A stretch of 59,456 bases of DNA, counting the filler, from Nemertoderma westbladi (lineage: Eukaryota; Animalia; Xenacoelomorpha): the NCBI GenBank assembly GCA_032718475.1. It is 3 parts of 3 records of this genome, joined end to end, with 100 filler letters (N's around TTAATTAATTAA, not from the genome) between each part and the next. Parts side by side here need not be neighbours in the genome. Positions count along the whole stretch, not along the records: positions 24,809 to 48,420 come from JAUCBJ010005786.1; 2 more parts are not named here. The stretch is one strand, 5' to 3'. Numbering within the stretch: position 1 is the first letter of the stretch; every line of letters begins with the position of its first letter. The notes under the pieces are model-generated. The model had not been told where the DNA came from. It made no database searches and saw nothing but the letters and a program-made list of their open reading frames with translations. Positions 34,865 through 46,332 of the stretch are shown piece after piece. The position numbers were made by a program, and so were the translations under genes.

Positions 34865-36742
34865 ATGGAAGAAACAAAAATAATTTACCATATCGACGAG
34901 GAAGATACCCCTTACCTCGTAAAACTTCCTATATCAGCCGATGACGTCACACTGGGAGACTTTAAGAATGTAATCGCCAAGCCAAACTTTAAGTATTTCT
35001 TTAAGTCGATGGATGACGACTTCGGAGTTGTTAAGGAAGAGATTGCGGACGACGAAACTAAACTGCCGTGTTTCAACGGGCGGGTTGTCTCGTGGTTGGT
35101 CGCTGCGGAGGGCAGCTGTCGTCTTAGCGACCCGGGGTCTCAGGGGGTCGTTCCCTCCGGCGACAAGCAATCCGCGACCGGCTCATTCCGCTCTAAAGGG
35201 AGCGATTCCGGCGGCGCGTACGGCTACTCCGGCGGCTACGTTCGGTCCCGCTCCAAGGAGCGGCATCCCCTCCCGACCGGGTACCTCAGCGAGTCGACCG
35301 CGCTCACCAGCGACATGGACAGCAGCTGCTTCGATACAACCACAGAGGATGACGTCACCAGCCGGTTCAGCAGCGCCACAGAGCGGATGCATCCGCGGTA
35401 CCACCAGCGCGGGAAGATGCGGAAACGCCGCAGACGGACGCTGCCGCCTCCCCAGTCCCGGTACCAGGGACGCCCGCTAGTCGGCGCCATGGGCGCCATG
35501 TCTATGAATTCCTATTCGTCTATAACCGATTCCTCCATGTCTCTAAACATAGTTAACGTCACCCTCAACATGGACAACGTCAACTTCCTGGGTATCAGTA
35601 TAGTCGGGCAGACCAACACGGGGGGCGACCGCGGGATCTACGTTGGCTCGATAATGAAGGGCGGAGCGGTGGCCAACGACGGTCGGATCGAACCCGGGGA
35701 CATCATCCTCCAGGTCAACGACGTCAGCTTCGAGAACCTCTCCAACGACGAGGCGGTCCGCGTGCTGCGACAGGTCGCCGGGCAACCCGGCCCGGTGCGA
35801 CTGCTCGTCGCCAAGTGCTGGAACTCAGCGGGCGGCGGGATGCCGCTCGGCTCGACCGGCTCGACGACCCCCCGATACCGAGCCGAGCCCATCCGCCCCA
35901 TCGATCCCTCCACCTGGATCGAGCAGAGTCGCAAGGAGTACCACGCAGGGGGGGCCTCTGGGGGCAGTGGGGGCAGCAGCGGGGGGGCCAGCTCCATACC
36001 GGAGTCGGAACGCTACGTGGCGGTCACCGCCTCCGAGGAGGAGGAACGACTCACCGTAAACACCGACATCCTAACCGTGGTCCGACACCTCCACAGGGAC
36101 GACGTCGGACTGGATATAAAGGACCGGCAGTGGTTGAAGATAACCATCCCGAACGCGTTCATCGGCCACGACCTGGTCGACTGGTTGTACGACAGGTTGG
36201 AGGGATTTACCGACAGACGCGATGCCAAGAAGTACGCCGGTAACCTCCTGAAGATGGGCCATATCCGACACACGGTTAACAAGCACACGTTCAGCGAGCA
36301 GTGCTACTACGTGTTGGGGGAGATGGAGCCGCCGCCACTGCCGCCGCCGCCCGCGGCCCCGGTCTACCCGCCCCAGTACCACGGCGGCTGGGCCCCCAAC
36401 TACGGCGCCGCGCACTACTTCCAGGCGCAGAGCGCTGGCTACGGCAGCTACCCGGGGGAGGGGTTCCCACAGGAGATGGACAGCTGCTCCACCAACACCT
36501 ACAACACGGGGTTGCTGTTAGCCGCAGCCGAGGGCCGCAACGACAGCGCGGCCAGTAGCGGCGGATCCACTCACTCGGGAACCCGTAGGGGTCGATCCCT
36601 CCCCCGCAGGGCTCCGCCCTCCTACGCATCCCCTTCCTACGCTCCGCCCTCGGTTACCAGCGCTGGGGTGGAGGCGGCCAATAGCGGCGCGGTGCCCAGT
36701 CCCAGCCACACAGGGGTGCAATCCACATCCGAGGTCTTTTAA
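34865..36742 (+). CDS. dsh: Dishevelled (DIX-PDZ-DEP), single exon, 625 aa
   Basis: DIX: MEETKIIYHIDEEDTPYLVK...PCFNGRVVSWLV; PDZ: FLGISIVGQ...GIYVGSIMKGGAVA; DEP: WLKITIPNAFIG...TVNKHTFSEQCYY. Confidence 0.98.
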   Translation: MEETKIIYHIDEEDTPYLVKLPISADDVTLGDFKNVIAKPNFKYFFKSMDDDFGVVKEEIADDETKLPCFNGRVVSWLVAAEGSCRLSDPGSQGVVPSGDKQSATGSFRSKGSDSGGAYGYSGGYVRSRSKERHPLPTGYLSESTALTSDMDSSCFDTTTEDDVTSRFSSATERMHPRYHQRGKMRKRRRRTLPPPQSRYQGRPLVGAMGAMSMNSYSSITDSSMSLNIVNVTLNMDNVNFLGISIVGQTNTGGDRGIYVGSIMKGGAVANDGRIEPGDIILQVNDVSFENLSNDEAVRVLRQVAGQPGPVRLLVAKCWNSAGGGMPLGSTGSTTPRYRAEPIRPIDPSTWIEQSRKEYHAGGASGGSGGSSGGASSIPESERYVAVTASEEEERLTVNTDILTVVRHLHRDDVGLDIKDRQWLKITIPNAFIGHDLVDWLYDRLEGFTDRRDAKKYAGNLLKMGHIRHTVNKHTFSEQCYYVLGEMEPPPLPPPPAAPVYPPQYHGGWAPNYGAAHYFQAQSAGYGSYPGEGFPQEMDSCSTNTYNTGLLLAAAEGRNDSAASSGGSTHSGTRRGRSLPRRAPPSYASPSYAPPSVTSAGVEAANSGAVPSPSHTGVQSTSEVF

Positions 36743-36749
36743 TCCGCGC

Positions 36750-38040
36750 CCTTTGGCCCGCACCCAAAGGCTCCGGGTCCTTTGGCCCGCGTCCTGGAGG
36801 CTCCGGGTCCTTTGGCCCGCGTTCTGGAGGCTCCGGGTCCTTTGGCCCGCGTCCTGGAGGCTCCGGGCTCTTTGACCCGCGCTCTAGAGGCTCCGGGCCC
36901 TTTGGCCCGCGCCCTAGAGGCTCCGGGCGCTTTGGGCCGCGCCCTAGAGGCTCCGGGCGCTTTGGGCCGCGCCCTAGAGGCTCCGGGCCCTTTGGCCCGC
37001 GCCCTAGAGGCTCCGGGCCCTTGGGGCTGCGCCCTAGAGGCTCCGGGCCCTTGGGGCTGCGCCCTAGAGGCTCCGGGCCCTTTGGGTCGCGCCCTAGAGG
37101 CTCCGGGCCCTTTGACCCGCGCCATATAGCATCCGGGGCCTTTGGCCCGCGCCATATAGGATCCGAGGCCTTTGGGCCGCGTCCTGGAGGCTCCGGGCCC
37201 TTTGGGCCGCGCCCTAGAGGCTCCGGACCCTTTGACCCGCGCTCTAGAAGCTCCGGACCCTTTGACGCACGCTCTAGAGGCTCCGGGCCCTTTGACCCGC
37301 GCTCTAGAGGCTCCGGACCCTTTGGCCCGCGTCCTATAGGCTCCGGAGCCTTTGACCCGCGTCCTGGAGGCTCCGGAGCCTTTGACCCGCGCTGTAGAGG
37401 CTCCGGACCCTTTGACCCGCGCTGTAGAGGCTCCGGACCCTTTAACCCGCGCCCTAGAGGCTCCGGGCCCTTTGGACCGCGCCCTGGAGGCTCCGGAGCC
37501 TTTGACCCGCGCTGTAGAGGCTCCGGACCCCTTGACCCGCGCTGTAGAGGCTCCGGACCCTTTGACCCGCGCTGTAGAGGCTCTGGACCCTTTAACCCGC
37601 GCCCTAGAGGCTCCGGGCCCTTTGGACCGCGCCCTAGAGGCTCCGGGCCCTTTGGGCCGCGTCCTGGAGGCTCCGAAGCCTTTGACCCGCGCTGTAGAGG
37701 CTCCGGACCCCTTGACCCGCGCTGTAGAGGCTCCGGACCCTTTGACCCGCGCTGTAGAGGCTCCGGACCCTTTAACCCGCGCCCTAGAGGCTCCGGGCCC
37801 TTTGGACCGCGCCCTAGAGGCTCCGGGCCCTTTGGACCGCGCCCTAGAGGCTCCGGGCCCTTTGGACCGCGCCCTAGAGGCTCCGGAGCCTTTGACCAGC
37901 GCTGTAGAGGCTCCGGACCCCTTGACCCGCGCTGTAGAGGCTCCGGACCCTTTGACCCGCGCCCTAGAGGCTCCGGGCCCTTTGGACCGCGCCCTAGAGG
38001 CTCCGGGCCCTTTGACCCGCGCTCTCGAGGCTCCGGACCC
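36750..38040. repeat. GC-rich 30-bp minisatellite, about 43 copies, starting just after the dsh stop codon
   Basis: Unit TTTGACCCGCGCCCTAGAGGCTCCGGGCCC in exact 30-bp register, with variant blocks repeated at higher order. Confidence 0.97.
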
Positions 38041-38967
38041 CGGCTAACTTTAGTCTCTCTGCGTGTTTAGTGTTGATATTTCACCCCACCCCCACACTCA
38101 CCACCTGTTTCCATAGCAATGTTGCAATTAAGTAATAGTATTATTAATATTGCTTGATACGTTTTTGTGTTTGTGTATCACTAAGTGTAAGTACTAAGTA
38201 GGTCTAAAAAAAGTAAAAATCTTATACACAAGTAAAATTATTTATTTTGGTTTTGATTCTGAGATGAAGATTATTTAATTTCAAATTAATTTGTCAAATA
38301 GAAACTATAGTAATCTAGTTGTATTTATGTAGTTATTTATTGTTCAAATAAAATACTCTGGTTTATAATAACTAAATAAATAATTATTATAATAGAATAT
38401 CCAATTATAAATCTAAAAGAACAATAAACCCCCAATATCAATTGTTTCCCATGTGTGTAGCTGTAGAGATTAGCGCCATATATTATTAGCACTAAGTGTA
38501 TTTTTATAATATTTTTAAAATGTTATGCACCTCGGTGATTTATTGTGCACTGTTATATACAAGTTATTGTTGGTTGTATTTTTACTTATTTTTAAGGATG
38601 GGAATATTATTTAAGGTTTGGCGACCCAACTTACATTATTATTGTAGAATATAAATATAATAATTATGTTATAATAATTGTCTGTCTATAGCCTATAGTC
38701 TACTTATCTAGCTGTATTTTATTTAGTTTCATTTTGTGCTCTACAACTCCCTGTTCATATGGATGGATTATAAGCGCAGTGACATGTTTTACTTTTAATC
38801 TCTTTATTTTCCATAGCTGCGCTACAGTTAAGCAAAACATCAAAGTTCATTTTATAAGAAAGTTTTTATTAATTAATTATTAAAGAAACATCCCTGCGCT
38901 CGGGGTAGGGGAGGGGGGGGGGGTGAAAATGACAGCCACCTATGATGTAATACAGAGAAACCGGAAG

Positions 38968-40012
38968 TCAGCCCCTGGGAGTCAGCCCCCTAGGACTAGT
39001 AGTAGTCCTAGCAGCCCCTGGGAGTCAGCCCCCTAGGACTAGTAGTAGTCCTAGCAGCCCCTGTGAGTCAGCCCCCTAGGACCAGTAGTAGTCCTAGCAG
39101 CCCCTGGGAGTCAGCCTCCTAGGACTAGTAGTAGTCATAGCAGCCCCTGGGAGTCAGCCCCCTAGGACTAGTAGTAATCCTAGCAGCCCCTGGGAGTCAG
39201 CCCCCTAGGACTAGTAGTAGTCCTAGCAGCCCCTGGGAGTCAGCCCCCTATGACTAGTAGTAGTCCTAGCAGCCCCTGGGAGTCAGCCCCCTAGGACTAG
39301 TAGTAGTCCTAACAGCCCCTGGGAGTCAGCCCCCTATGACTAGTAGTAGTCCTAGCAGCCCCTGGGAGTCAGCCCCCTAGGACTAGTAGTAGTCCTAGCA
39401 GCCCCTGGGAGTCAGCCCCCTATGACTAGTAGTAATCCTAGCAGCCCCTGGGAGTCAGCCCCCTAGGACTAGTAGTAATCCTAGCAGCCCCTGGGAGTCA
39501 GCCCCCTAGGACTAGTAGTAGTCCTAGCAGCCCCTGGGAGTCAGCCCCCTAGGACTAGTAGTAGTCCTAGCAGCCCCTGGGAGTCAGCCCCCTAGGACTA
39601 GTAGTAGTCCTAGCAGCCCCTGGGAGTCAGCCCCCTAGGACTAGTAGTAGTCCTAGCAGCCCCTGGGAGTCAGCCCCCTAGGACTAGTAGTAGTCCTAGC
39701 AGCCCCTGGGAGTCAGCCCCCTAGGACTAGTAGTAGTCCTAGCAGCCCCTGGGAGTCAGCCCCCTAGGACTAGTAGTAGTCCTAGCAGCCCCTGGGAGTC
39801 AGCCCCCTAGGACCAGTAGTAGTCCTAGCAGCCCCTGGGAGTCAGCCCCCTAGGACCAGTAGTAGTCCTAGCAGCCCCTGGGAGTCAGCCCCCCAGGACT
39901 AGTAGTAGTCCTAGCAGCCCCTGGGAGTCAGCCCCCTAGGACTAGTAGTAGTCCTAGCAGCCCCTGGGAGTCAGCCCCCCAGGACTAGTAGTAGTCCTAG
40001 CAGCCCCTGGGA
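38968..40012. repeat. 43-bp minisatellite, about 24 near-identical copies, hairpin in each unit
   Basis: Unit AGCCCCTGGGAGTCAGCCCCCTAGGACTAGTAGTAGTCCTAGC; CTAGGACTA-GTAG-TAGTCCTAG stem. Confidence 0.97.
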
Positions 40013-41373
40013 ACACTCGTCGTATTTCCATGCCAGTAACCCCCCTAACTTTGTTTGAGCGCGATATTCTTTATAGTTACTCACATATGTTTTTTAGTTT
40101 GTTGCAGTATGTAGTTATAATACTTATACTATCATGTATGTTTGATATAATTATTATTTTATTTTACACCCTTTCCCATTCCCTCACTAACACTAATATT
40201 TTATAATTGTACGCACAACGCACTGGGCCGTTTGGTTGGGTTCTCTTTTTACGACTCTTATATAAATGTATACAAAATCGTTTTCAGAAAATTCTGACTG
40301 AAATTATATGAATTAAACATCAAATTATTTTAATATTAAATAGTAATACAAGTCATAAATTATTTAACTGGTGTTCTTTTGTAATTAATTAGAAGCGAGG
40401 CAATAAATTGTGACCTCATTCATTCCTCAAATTGCTTAGATTATTAATTGCTTTGATTAATCAAGTAAGTTCGTAAATGACTTGGAGATTGGGTGTATAA
40501 TAATTGAAGCCACCCATGAAGTTGTAATATATTGGCCATATTGTTTGTAGATATAATATATTATTGTGCCCCAATATTAGTTGCACCCTGTTATTCCTGT
40601 TTATATTTATTTACTCCAAATATATTAAAATTGAACGTTTCTGTTTGACATTTGTTTTCCAGATAAACTGAGTATTTCCATTCCTACAGAAATACGGCCC
40701 ACTCCAGGGGACTAACATATCCTGTGGATTGTCTGACTTTCCCGGAATAGCAAGTACGATAACTCACGAGTCAGGAGCAGGGGTGTGGGGGGGGGGGGGG
40801 GGGGATATCAGGAATCCAACATTTAATATTATCCCAATGGAAGTCAAGTTATTTTTTTTAGAGTCTGCGGAACTCAGTGTAACAAATTGCATAAACAAAC
40901 ATCGTGAATGATATAAAATACAAGTCCAACTGGTTTAATTTTTACTGGAACATGTAGGATACGATGCGATACGAAAATGGTTCAGTCCAATTCATGCAAA
41001 TATCCCCCAAACATTTCAATTTTAATTTTCCGAACAATTTTCTAGTTATAGGCCTACATTAAACACCAAAGACCCGAAGTTCTTCTGGTCAGGTCATTAC
41101 AACATAATGTCTACCTACTAACCCCATGAATTTTTACTACTGGTGTCTACTAACTTCTGACGGTGACCCATATCCATTCGAGGGTACTTGCCCCATTCTT
41201 AATCATAAGATAAGAAGGGGGGGGGGGGGGGGGGGGCTGGACGTAAACCCCATCCGCGAAATCATATTTCGACTCAATGTTAAATTGCCAAATATATCAC
41301 TCAGCGATAAAGTTTCGTGGAGCGGCAGCACAGCGCAGAAAGATAGCTATTGCTAGATGCTAATATATCTGCT

Positions 41374-41542
41374 GGCTCCTCGGTGGCAATAAAGAAATAC
41401 ACAAAACAAACTGGGCGAGCCACGAGGCTCCTCGGTGGCAATAAAGAAATACACAAAACAAACAGGGGCGAGCCACGAGGCTCCTAGGTGGCAATAAAGA
41501 AATACACAAAACAAACTGGGGCGATCCACGAGGCTCCTAGGT
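41374..41542. repeat. 52-53-bp tandem repeat, about 3 copies
   Basis: GGCTCCTCGGTGGCAATAAAGAAATACACAAAACAAAC units start at 41374, 41426, 41479 and 41532. Confidence 0.9.
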
Positions 41543-41547
41543 GACAA

Positions 41548-41616
41548 ACTTACTGATCTAGACTTTGCTGATGAGTACTCGAGGGGAACCCAACGGCTCC
41601 TCAGCTTAGTGGAACA
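41548..41616 (+). mobile_element. Internal RTE RT fragment (LTDLDFAD)
   Basis: ACTGATCTAGACTTTGCTGATGA...CCAACGGCTCCTCAGCT matches 2146-2228 with deletions. Confidence 0.75.
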
Positions 41617-44156
41617 GGGAACTTGCATGGAATGGGAGGTCCTTTTTGTTGCAACAGCCCAGTGTGAGATCCAGCTTCGCACTAGAGCTGAGCAACAGCT
41701 TTGAGGCTCTTGCCTGAGGCAGCCGATCAATGCGAAGGCTGTAAAGCTCATGCACTCTTCCGAAGAATTGGTTCAACAGAATGGCTTGGCATTTTTATGG
41801 GAATTAATTTAGCCTGTGTCTCAAACGTGGAACCAAAAAAAATATACAAAGTCAATTTGGTTACCAGAAATTTTCAAAATGAAAAATTACATTTTTGAAA
41901 ATAGGCCGTTTTTTGTGATGTAACTTTTGCAATTTCTAACCTACATGTCTAAAAGGTGGTTCCACCTATAAAGGATTAGTAGAAGAACATATACTGAAAA
42001 TTTCATGCAATTTGGTCCAGCAGATCCAAAGAAACAGGTACATGAGTAGAAACGAAAAATAAAATTCTGAGATAAAAGCCATTTTGTTAAATGGAGGGAT
42101 AATTCTATTTATATTCAAAAAATAAGGAAGAATACTTCTTAACTAAAATTTTCGATATGGGGGTTTTGCGGGGTGGTGATTGCATTTTCGATGTCAGTTT
42201 AAACGTTTGATGAATTCCAGTCTGTCTGTTTATCAGACAATCTGTCTGTCTGTCTGTCAGTCATTAATTCATGAAACACACTACCGAACTGAAATTTAGG
42301 TTATGGGAGTTTTCCTGGTCGGTGATTACATTTCTGGTGTCAGTATTCGAATATAATATGGAAGGCTCCATCTAGGACCCTGAACGAACAGGCATTACTC
42401 GGTCCCTGAACAGGCAGTACTCGGTCCCTGAACAGGCAGTACCCGGTCCATGCATGAACAGGCAGTAGTACCCTGCGATTGATTTCAGAAGAATAAAATG
42501 TGTGGTTAATACGCAGAGACAGACAATGCATTATATTATTATTATTTACATAAGAACAGCTATCTGCTGAAACAACTAAACAAAACACGTCTCGATTTCA
42601 AGTCCATCAACATAATATCTTTAAAAATCTATTAATAATATAATAATATTTATGTTATTTAATAATATTAATACGAGCCCAATAATAAGCATCCTGTATG
42701 TGGCCTTTTTTAACGGAAACTACATTAACAGAAATTACACGTCCACGGATATAATGTACAACAATTAGGTTGTAACAAAGTCAAAAAGAAAAGTTTGGTC
42801 GGTGGTCGGGTAAATTTAATGTATAACAACTATATTACTAACAAAGAATAAATGAAGTCGTGTGTCTGAAACTCTTGTTATAGAATTGGTACACTACTGA
42901 TTTATTTTCTAAATGATTTTATTTAGTATTTTATAGAAGTGAAAATGTTACTTTTTGTTTCTACCAACTTAAATTAAAATATGAGTCCACAATAAATAAT
43001 ATTTTCATTATAACATATTAATATAGATCTTTTTTTCAAAAACCTCGACAAAACCAAGTAACTTTACATGCAACGTAATAAATTATAATATGCACGGTGC
43101 ACTTTAAAAGTTGTAAACTTGTTTAATTAATAAATTTGTTAAAAGGGTCGAACGACAAGCAAAATATAACAGTTTAAACCCTTTAACACAAATACCTACT
43201 GTATAGCTAGAAAGTCCATCTAAAATATTATTATATAAACTAAAAAATCAATTGAATAATAATTAGTACCGATATATAGATTAATGGAATAACCGCCTTA
43301 TTTATTAATATGATTATTATGCTAAACAGAAACGGATAACTTTAATGTTTTATTCTGTTGCATGTAAGATACCATGGAATTGGAATAGTCGTAGCCCTAT
43401 GGAATAGAGAAATACAGACATGCGTTATTTAAGAGACAATCTATAAAATTCCGCGGTATACAGCTAATGGTTACTCAATTAGTTAGACCTACATAAAAAC
43501 CTGTTTATTCTGGTTTCGTTTTCACAAGATCATTTTTGCCAGGTTTTTTCAGAAGGAAAATCCCAAAACACACGTGTTAAAACGTGTGTTTAAATAAAAA
43601 AATCGCACTGTTGTCATGTAATTCTGGGATAGTTGTAAATAATAATTTTAAAATAAATCATTTTTGTCACATTATTAGGGCAAGATTTTTCATTCTTGAA
43701 AAAACGTGGGGAAAATTTGCAAAAAACGGCACAAAAACAGGCCTTTACTGTAAAAGGCAGCAAAATTGAGTGAAAAAAGACACAAAAGGAATGAACGCAA
43801 CAACGAAAACACGCCGTTATACCTGAGAAATAATTGAGAGTGGTTTTGGTTTACTATCAAATCCCGATCTACATTAATTATTACATATCGATATTACATA
43901 TTTTAAGGGTGGGATGCATAAAGAAAGAATATCGTTTTTGGAATCGCTGATATATTTGCTAAAATTAAGAGACAAAACTCCAGTCCTTATAGGCTGTTAG
44001 GCATGTAGGGAGTTGCAATCTTTCGAAAGAAAGAAAAACGAACTGAGAATGTTTAAAAAGTGTCTCCAGAACATACTGGGCTATCTTCCACAACAAACCT
44101 TTCAAATCTGGTTGGTCAATATTGAGTATTTTTTTATTATTCGACAAAAAAGTGCA

Positions 44157-45182
44157 CTAATTTTTTTGCACAATTTGAATATCAATAGCGCAATCCAAAC
44201 AGACTGTATTTTTATTCTTACACCTACAAGTTGTCAAGTGGTCCTTCAGCAACATTGTAATTAACGTACGTTGTTCCCTGTCTAAACTTAACCAAGCGTA
44301 AACGTCATTGCAAAAGAGATCGAGAATAGCCAAGCCTTCCTGGTTCAATGGACACTGAAATAATTGTGGGCAATGGACCTCGGGTGGGGCAAAGGGAGCC
44401 ACCGCAGCATGGGGCGATAATTTCAGTCCAGAATCAAAGGATATCTCTTCTATTCTACCTCTCATGTTAGTCAACAACGATTGCATCAGCTCCACATGGG
44501 CAATCGAATGAATAGGAACGTGACATTTTACTGTTATATTAAGACAATTGGACTTTTTAAGAATAGATTTAATATTGGCGTTTTTTTGGAAGGGAAGCTT
44601 CATCATATGGTTAGTAATATTTGATGACATCAGCCTAGACCAGTAGCTGTTGGCAGAATACTGTGAAACTATAAGTTTCCCAAATATTTTCAGCATTCCA
44701 TATAGTTTGGAAATCACCTCGTTGGAGATATTGTGATCGCATTTGATTACCTCGATAAAACAAAACAATGCGACCATATTAAACCCATCTGTATTGTTGT
44801 TATCTGGGATCAGGACATATTGGTCCAAAGTAGTAAGGCAAGTATCTATAGTAACGTGAGGGTTAAAATCCACGTTGAATTTGCGCTTAAATATTTGCAC
44901 AAATTTTTCAGCTTCGTCAGGATTTGGGTTAACCAAGGTCACGTGCAAATTTCCGACTCGCTTTAATATTTCCTCTGAAAGTTCAATCTCAATCAGGTTT
45001 CCTCCTATTACTAGCAATGTGAAGGTCTGTCCGTGGTTCTCATGGAAACGCATGTCGCTAATGTGTTGCGGCATATCCTGCTTTATCCAAGAAATGACGT
45101 CATCGCTTTCTGTGCTGATTTGTTTATAAATATCCAGAGATTTCTTCTGCCAGTTTCGCGTGTTTGAACGACGATCGTCCAT
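44157..45182 (-). CDS. Divergent histamine N-methyltransferase-like protein (class I SAM-MTase fold), single exon, 341 aa from the first ATG
   Basis: By-eye collinearity with HNMT as I recall it: SLDIYKQISTE~SFRRFLNHSTE, LLVIGGNLIEIEL~ILSIGGGAGEIDL, LVNPNPDE~VVEPSAEQ, SANSYWSRL~SGSSGWDKL, NQEGLAILDLF~NENGDLLWDFL, and a C-terminal beta hairpin. ATG at 45182 (the ORF track starts at a TTG, 45212). Confidence 0.72.
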   Translation of the reverse strand: MDDRRSNTRNWQKKSLDIYKQISTESDDVISWIKQDMPQHISDMRFHENHGQTFTLLVIGGNLIEIELSEEILKRVGNLHVTLVNPNPDEAEKFVQIFKRKFNVDFNPHVTIDTCLTTLDQYVLIPDNNNTDGFNMVALFCFIEVIKCDHNISNEVISKLYGMLKIFGKLIVSQYSANSYWSRLMSSNITNHMMKLPFQKNANIKSILKKSNCLNITVKCHVPIHSIAHVELMQSLLTNMRGRIEEISFDSGLKLSPHAAVAPFAPPEVHCPQLFQCPLNQEGLAILDLFCNDVYAWLSLDREQRTLITMLLKDHLTTCRCKNKNTVCLDCAIDIQIVQKN

Positions 45183-45387
45183 AGCTAACAAACAATACGA
45201 TGAGTGCGACAACAGTAACTAAACGTCTGTTTGGGGCGGCAGCTAATAAATAGTAAATAATGCATTTATGGCATGTTGTACTCATGTAGACAGCGATGTG
45301 CTTAGCATAGATCCATTGTAACTAAAGTACCGCTGCAGCAGTATTTTAAGGACACTCACTAGCTACCTACATAAAATCAACTATCTA

Positions 45388-46067
45388 CGACATACCGGGC
45401 ATTATTAGTAGCCCGGGTCACCATTTTTCAAGATGTTTTAAAATATGATTTTTATGGATTATTTCATGAGTATAAATGTTCTCTAAACATCTTCTAAAGG
45501 TTTTTCAATGAAAAACTTATGTTCTAGAACATTAGCTATGAATATCTAATTCCAACCAATAATGGTTAAATCAAGATCAGAATTGGGTTTCTTTGGAAAT
45601 TATGAAAGGATTTCATATCATTTCATCAATTATCCATTGTTTTTGTAATAGATTATTAAGTTATGCACATTTTACAATTATTGATTTTCCTTCTTTACAA
45701 TTCAATTAAGTGAAATAAATAGCTAATGTTCTAGAATAAAAATTTCATGATTTTTTTATTGGAAAATAATTAGGAAATTATGAAAGGATTTCATATCATT
45801 TCATCAATTATCCATTGTTTTTGTAATAGATTATTAAGTTATGCACATTTTACAATTATTGATTTTCCTTCTTTACAATTCAATTAAGTGAAATAAATAG
45901 CTAATGTTCTAGAATAAAAATTTCATGATTTTTTTATTGGAAAATAATTAGAAGATGTTTAGAGGACATTTAACATGAAATAAACCATAAAAACCATATA
46001 AAAATATATTTAAAAAAATCTTGAAAAATGGTGACCCGGACTAATACTAATGCCAACTTAATGTCGG
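45388..46067. mobile_element. Foldback MITE with an internal tandem duplication of about 178 bp
   Basis: CCGGGTCACCATTTTTCAAGAT inverted with ATCTTGAAAAATGGTGACCCGG; about 45595-45772 duplicated at about 45773-45950; exact ends uncertain. Confidence 0.75.
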
Positions 46068-46332
46068 GTGGACTATATTCCAGAATAAAAGGTATCACAT
46101 CATTGATTCGTTTTTTTTTTAGAAATGGGTGGGTATAACGTAAAAGTGCAAATATTGGCCTTTAATAATCTTTCATCATTTTGGCGCCTATGACCTGTAG
46201 ACCATAGATGGCAGCATGGCCTAGATCTTAATTGATAATTTAGCGTTGTTTTCTTAAACATAATTATTTTGGATGGAGCTGTTGAAAAATACTAGCTACA
46301 TACGAATGATAAGGTTAGCTACCGTGGTACGA

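Noticed and set aside
36731-36750. Programmed frameshift at TTT-TAA of dsh
   Set aside because: No X-XXY-YYZ slippery heptamer for a -1 shift, and the +1 frame stops after about 43 codons.
34934-36763. Overlapping and antisense ORFs within dsh (and within FAF1 at 6804-7956)
   Set aside because: Expected shadow ORFs of GC-rich coding DNA, with no recognisable motifs.
38968-40012. CRISPR array (palindromic repeat)
   Set aside because: No spacers; it is a plain tandem repeat.
44157-45212. Viral or bacterial horizontal transfer origin for the 351-aa ORF
   Set aside because: Collinear similarity to animal HNMT explains it, and the other genes here are also intronless.
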